A program made the position numbers and the translations under genes. A stretch of 64,000 bases of DNA, from positions 12,688,784-12,752,783 of the forward strand of contig CM121341.1 in NCBI GenBank assembly GCA_051530055.1. The letters run 5' to 3'. Below, piece by piece: positions 61,115 to 64,000 of this stretch. The DNA is from Neoechinorhynchus agilis. Its lineage: Eukaryota > Animalia > Acanthocephala. The first letter of the stretch is position 1, and every line of letters starts with the position of its first letter. The notes beneath the pieces are model-generated. The model saw only the letters and a program-made list of their open reading frames with translations. It did not search any database and was not told where the DNA came from.

Positions 61115-63357
61115 GCTTGTAAGTTTTTAAATATGTGGATATCATAAGCAAACTCTCTTTTGGGGCAACAAATGGTTTACTGTCTGATAATTGGTTGACC
61201 CTCCCATTATTCAGATCATTGAATGAAGGAGATTTACGTGAGGATAATATTTTAGAAGCCTGGAATAGTACGACAAAATTATCATCGAATAGCGTAAGTG
61301 CCCCTAGTAAATGTCTAAATTTTATAGAACCTTCAATTCGTCCTTTAATCGCTTCTTGCATGCTTAAAGCATCAAGGGAAGATTGGTTGCGTATTAATCT
61401 CGCACGAAGAATTCTTCTTGTTAAAGCGAAAAAGAACGTGGTCAATTCCTACTCAGATCTAAGTAAGACCTATTTCAATTCAAAACGCCTTAGTATCTCT
61501 TTACGAGAAGGCTATTGCCACCCGTTTAATGGACTTCTGTATTAAAAAGGATACTATCAACAATAACTGTCAAGGTTATTACCAAGGAAGATCTGTTACC
61601 TCAGCAACCAGAGATATAATTCCCTTAGGAACGAAAATTTTAGGTATCGATGCCTTATTTCATTTTATTTTGCTGCAGCATATTACAATATTGATCTGCA
61701 ATTTTTACTAAGCTATATGGTCCTTCTTAGTATTCCACAAGATGTCATAGTACGCATCAATATTTTAGCGACCAAGTCCTTTTATTTCGACGACGACGAC
61801 GATGATCACCAAATATTCTACCCGAAAAAAACCTACCTCAAGGTTCTCCACTGTCCCTATTTTATTTCTGATTGCCATGCAACTAATGGCATATTTTAAT
61901 AAGGATGGTGTTAAGATTTTTATATACGCTGACGATATAAGTGCAGTATTATATACCAACAACTCATGGGAATTACCTATTTTACTAAACGAGCTTGTTA
62001 TTTTTATCAATAAAAATGCATCAGTAATGGGTCTTAAACTGAACCCGGATAAAACTAAAATCATGGCTGTAGCAGGTAGCAATTACGTAAACAAAAAGCT
62101 TAATTCAATAATCAGAACTAGATTTTTACATACTCTATATCAAAACAACATTGTCGGTCATTTACATTTTAATAAAATCAAAATTTTGGGCTAAAATTTT
62201 AACTCAAAATTAAACGAAAAATTAGATCTGACACAATTTAAAAAAAATCTTAAAAATTGCCAAACGTAACTGTACAAGAGCGTTGAGGCTTCAACTGAGT
62301 TATAAAAGACAATATTGTATTTGGAAAACATGGGCAATTGCGACCTTAACCTTTTTTAGTTGCGGTCGTCCACCCGAACAGCGGCCTATATTCGGTGAGG
62401 CCCTTCTACAAAATGCGTCCTTTTTAAGACAAAAAGAGAAGATGGAACTGGTCAGGAGGATGAATTACTGGTTGCAAGTATTATAAACAAACGAATAACA
62501 TAACTTCCATGTGTGACAATGAACCGCTCTTACGTGTGTTTGTATTGTATTATTAAGTTGTCCGAGTCCGACATCAATTAAATTCGGACAGCACGACAAT
62601 CAAATCTTTCCTTTCGTACTCGTCCTCTTACTGACGCATAGCAGCAAAAAAGAATTTCACTCCCTGGGATAAAGCTGCGGGTCCTTGGATCAAAGAAGTT
62701 GGACGATCTACAGTAGTAGAAGCACTCTACAATGAACATCCTGGTGGGTGTGCCCTTGAGCCGGTTCAATCCAATTTCCTACCCACTAAACGACGGAGAC
62801 TTGATCTGTCGCCCGAACAGATCATCAAACGATGGGGATCGAAAAATAAATCTTCGTCCAATAACTGCTCTGCCTCGTTTAAAGTCACTAACATTTTGTC
62901 GGCAGACAATATTAGCATCTAAGCCAAGGCCATGGTTCAGGCACCCCCGCAACAATGGGCAGACATCAATGTCGCGAAACGCATTTTCCTGGTGAAGAAC
63001 AAGCGCCGCAAAATCACTTCGGCTAAGGACGTTAGACCAATCGCGATACAAAACTCCTTGGTGTCCATCTATGAAAGAGCACTTGCTCATTTAATTTCCA
63101 AGTTTGCGTCAGATAATGACTGCATAGACCCTAGATGTCATGGATTTTTACCCGCGAAGTCTGTACACACGGCTATAAACGAGATAGCTGATCACTTCTA
63201 GTTAGCCCCATCAAAACCTATCACTTTCTCTCCTGTACCCCGATTTTCCAGTAAAAAGCACACACCCTACCATCCTTCAACGACCGCATTAAGCATCCCT
63301 CGCCTCGTAAATTAACTCCTCCTAAACCTTGTGTAGATATTCATTTAGGAATTAATT

Positions 63358-63519
63358 ATGATGGTGAACTGAAGGAAAAAATTATGAATATATTAATCAG
63401 AATTTTCGACCAATACGTTGGTCTTCTTCAGTGATTGTTTGCAAGCTGAAGAAGACCAACGCATTGGTCGAAAATTCTGATTAATATATTCATAATTTTT
63501 TCCTTCAGTTCACCATCAT
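63358..63519. repeat. Foldback with 74-bp arms, each carrying an HHR core
   Basis: 63358-63431 vs 63446-63519, single mismatch in the stem II loop. Confidence 0.95.
63395..63436 (-). ncRNA. Intact minimal type I hammerhead ribozyme
   Basis: AATCA-CTGAAGA-A-GACCAA(cgta)TTGGTC-GAAA-ATTC-TGATT; 5-bp stem I, 6-bp stem II, AATT palindrome, UUC triplet; the + copy lacks the stem I 5' strand. Confidence 0.9.
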
Positions 63520-64000
63520 ATCCGACATCCAGACAACTTCAACAAAGATAGATGTGGGCAAGCGTACGGATCGTTTTTCGAAATCAATAAAACGTGTTTA
63601 TTATAACCGGAATTCAACTAATATCCTAATATCATTCGACATATCTAAAGCCTTTGATAACATCGATATAGAGTTCATTATTAAAATTATGGGGTTTTTT
63701 AATTATCCATACAATATTATTACAAGGGTAAACAATACTTTATATACGAAATCCTTCTCCTCAAGGTTCGCCGTTGTCCCCCCATTTTATTCTGCCTAGC
63801 GTCACAATTCATTATTCAGAACTGTAAAGTTTGCAGTTCTATCTCTCTTTACACCGATGACTTGACAGCGGTGATCAAAGAAGCTAATTACTCGAGGGCA
63901 CGGGAGAGACTTCTTGCTCTTTTATCTTTCCTAGTTGACACTCTTACTATGATGGATCTGACAACAGGTGCTAAGTTCTTTGAATCAGAAAACTCATAGG

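Larger units (their letters stand above)
58250..62490 (+). mobile_element. Near full-span degenerate family L-A LINE (ORF1, APE, RT) with nested CRE and HHR insertions
   Basis: ORF1 KCANCGGSH...KGCP knuckle; APE LQWNSGG, GNVYVRP, GDFNDP, PTF; RT INLARRILL, YADDI, LNPDKTKIM; GRPPEQR. Confidence 0.85.
62600..64000 (+). mobile_element. Family L-A RT region, interrupted by a ~405-bp nested insert (63199-63603); runs off the window
   Basis: VRPIAIQNSLVSIYER, CHGFLPAKSVHTAI; removing the insert restores HF-YNRNSTNILISFDISKAF. Confidence 0.85.

Overview
Eukaryotic (apparently metazoan) genomic DNA, AT-rich, with compact genes and mostly 43-65 nt GT-AG introns. It is heavily invaded by non-LTR retroelements; no LTR-element or DDE-transposase coding sequence was recognised. 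Host genes recognisable by eye: TFIIB-like core, gamma-glutamyl hydrolase, NudE/NDE1, PrimPol, PTCD1-like PPR protein, TBC1D20, a neuronal calcium sensor, CIAO2B/MIP18, eIF5 and HP1, plus a double zinc-ribbon exon and an Ig-like exon. Mobile elements: at least 8 CRE-clade fragments, four diverged copies of an APE+RT LINE, CR1/L2-like fragments, one RTE, two Penelope-like elements (PLEs) and MITE-like foldbacks. The most striking unexplained layer is a population of minimal type I hammerhead ribozymes (HHRs) in about five sequence families. They share the core CUGAAGA plus an extra A, have unrelated but pairing stem II helices, and carry 4-nt palindromic stem III sequences. They occur in a coding PLE, in coding-free foldbacks with one HHR on each strand, at the end of a ~650-nt non-coding dispersed element, and possibly (decayed) in a ~190-bp tandem array. 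Several host genes also show odd splice geometry and acceptor-like sites just before the ATG. All calls were made by eye: exon and element edges are approximate unless stated, and some frameshifts could be assembly errors.
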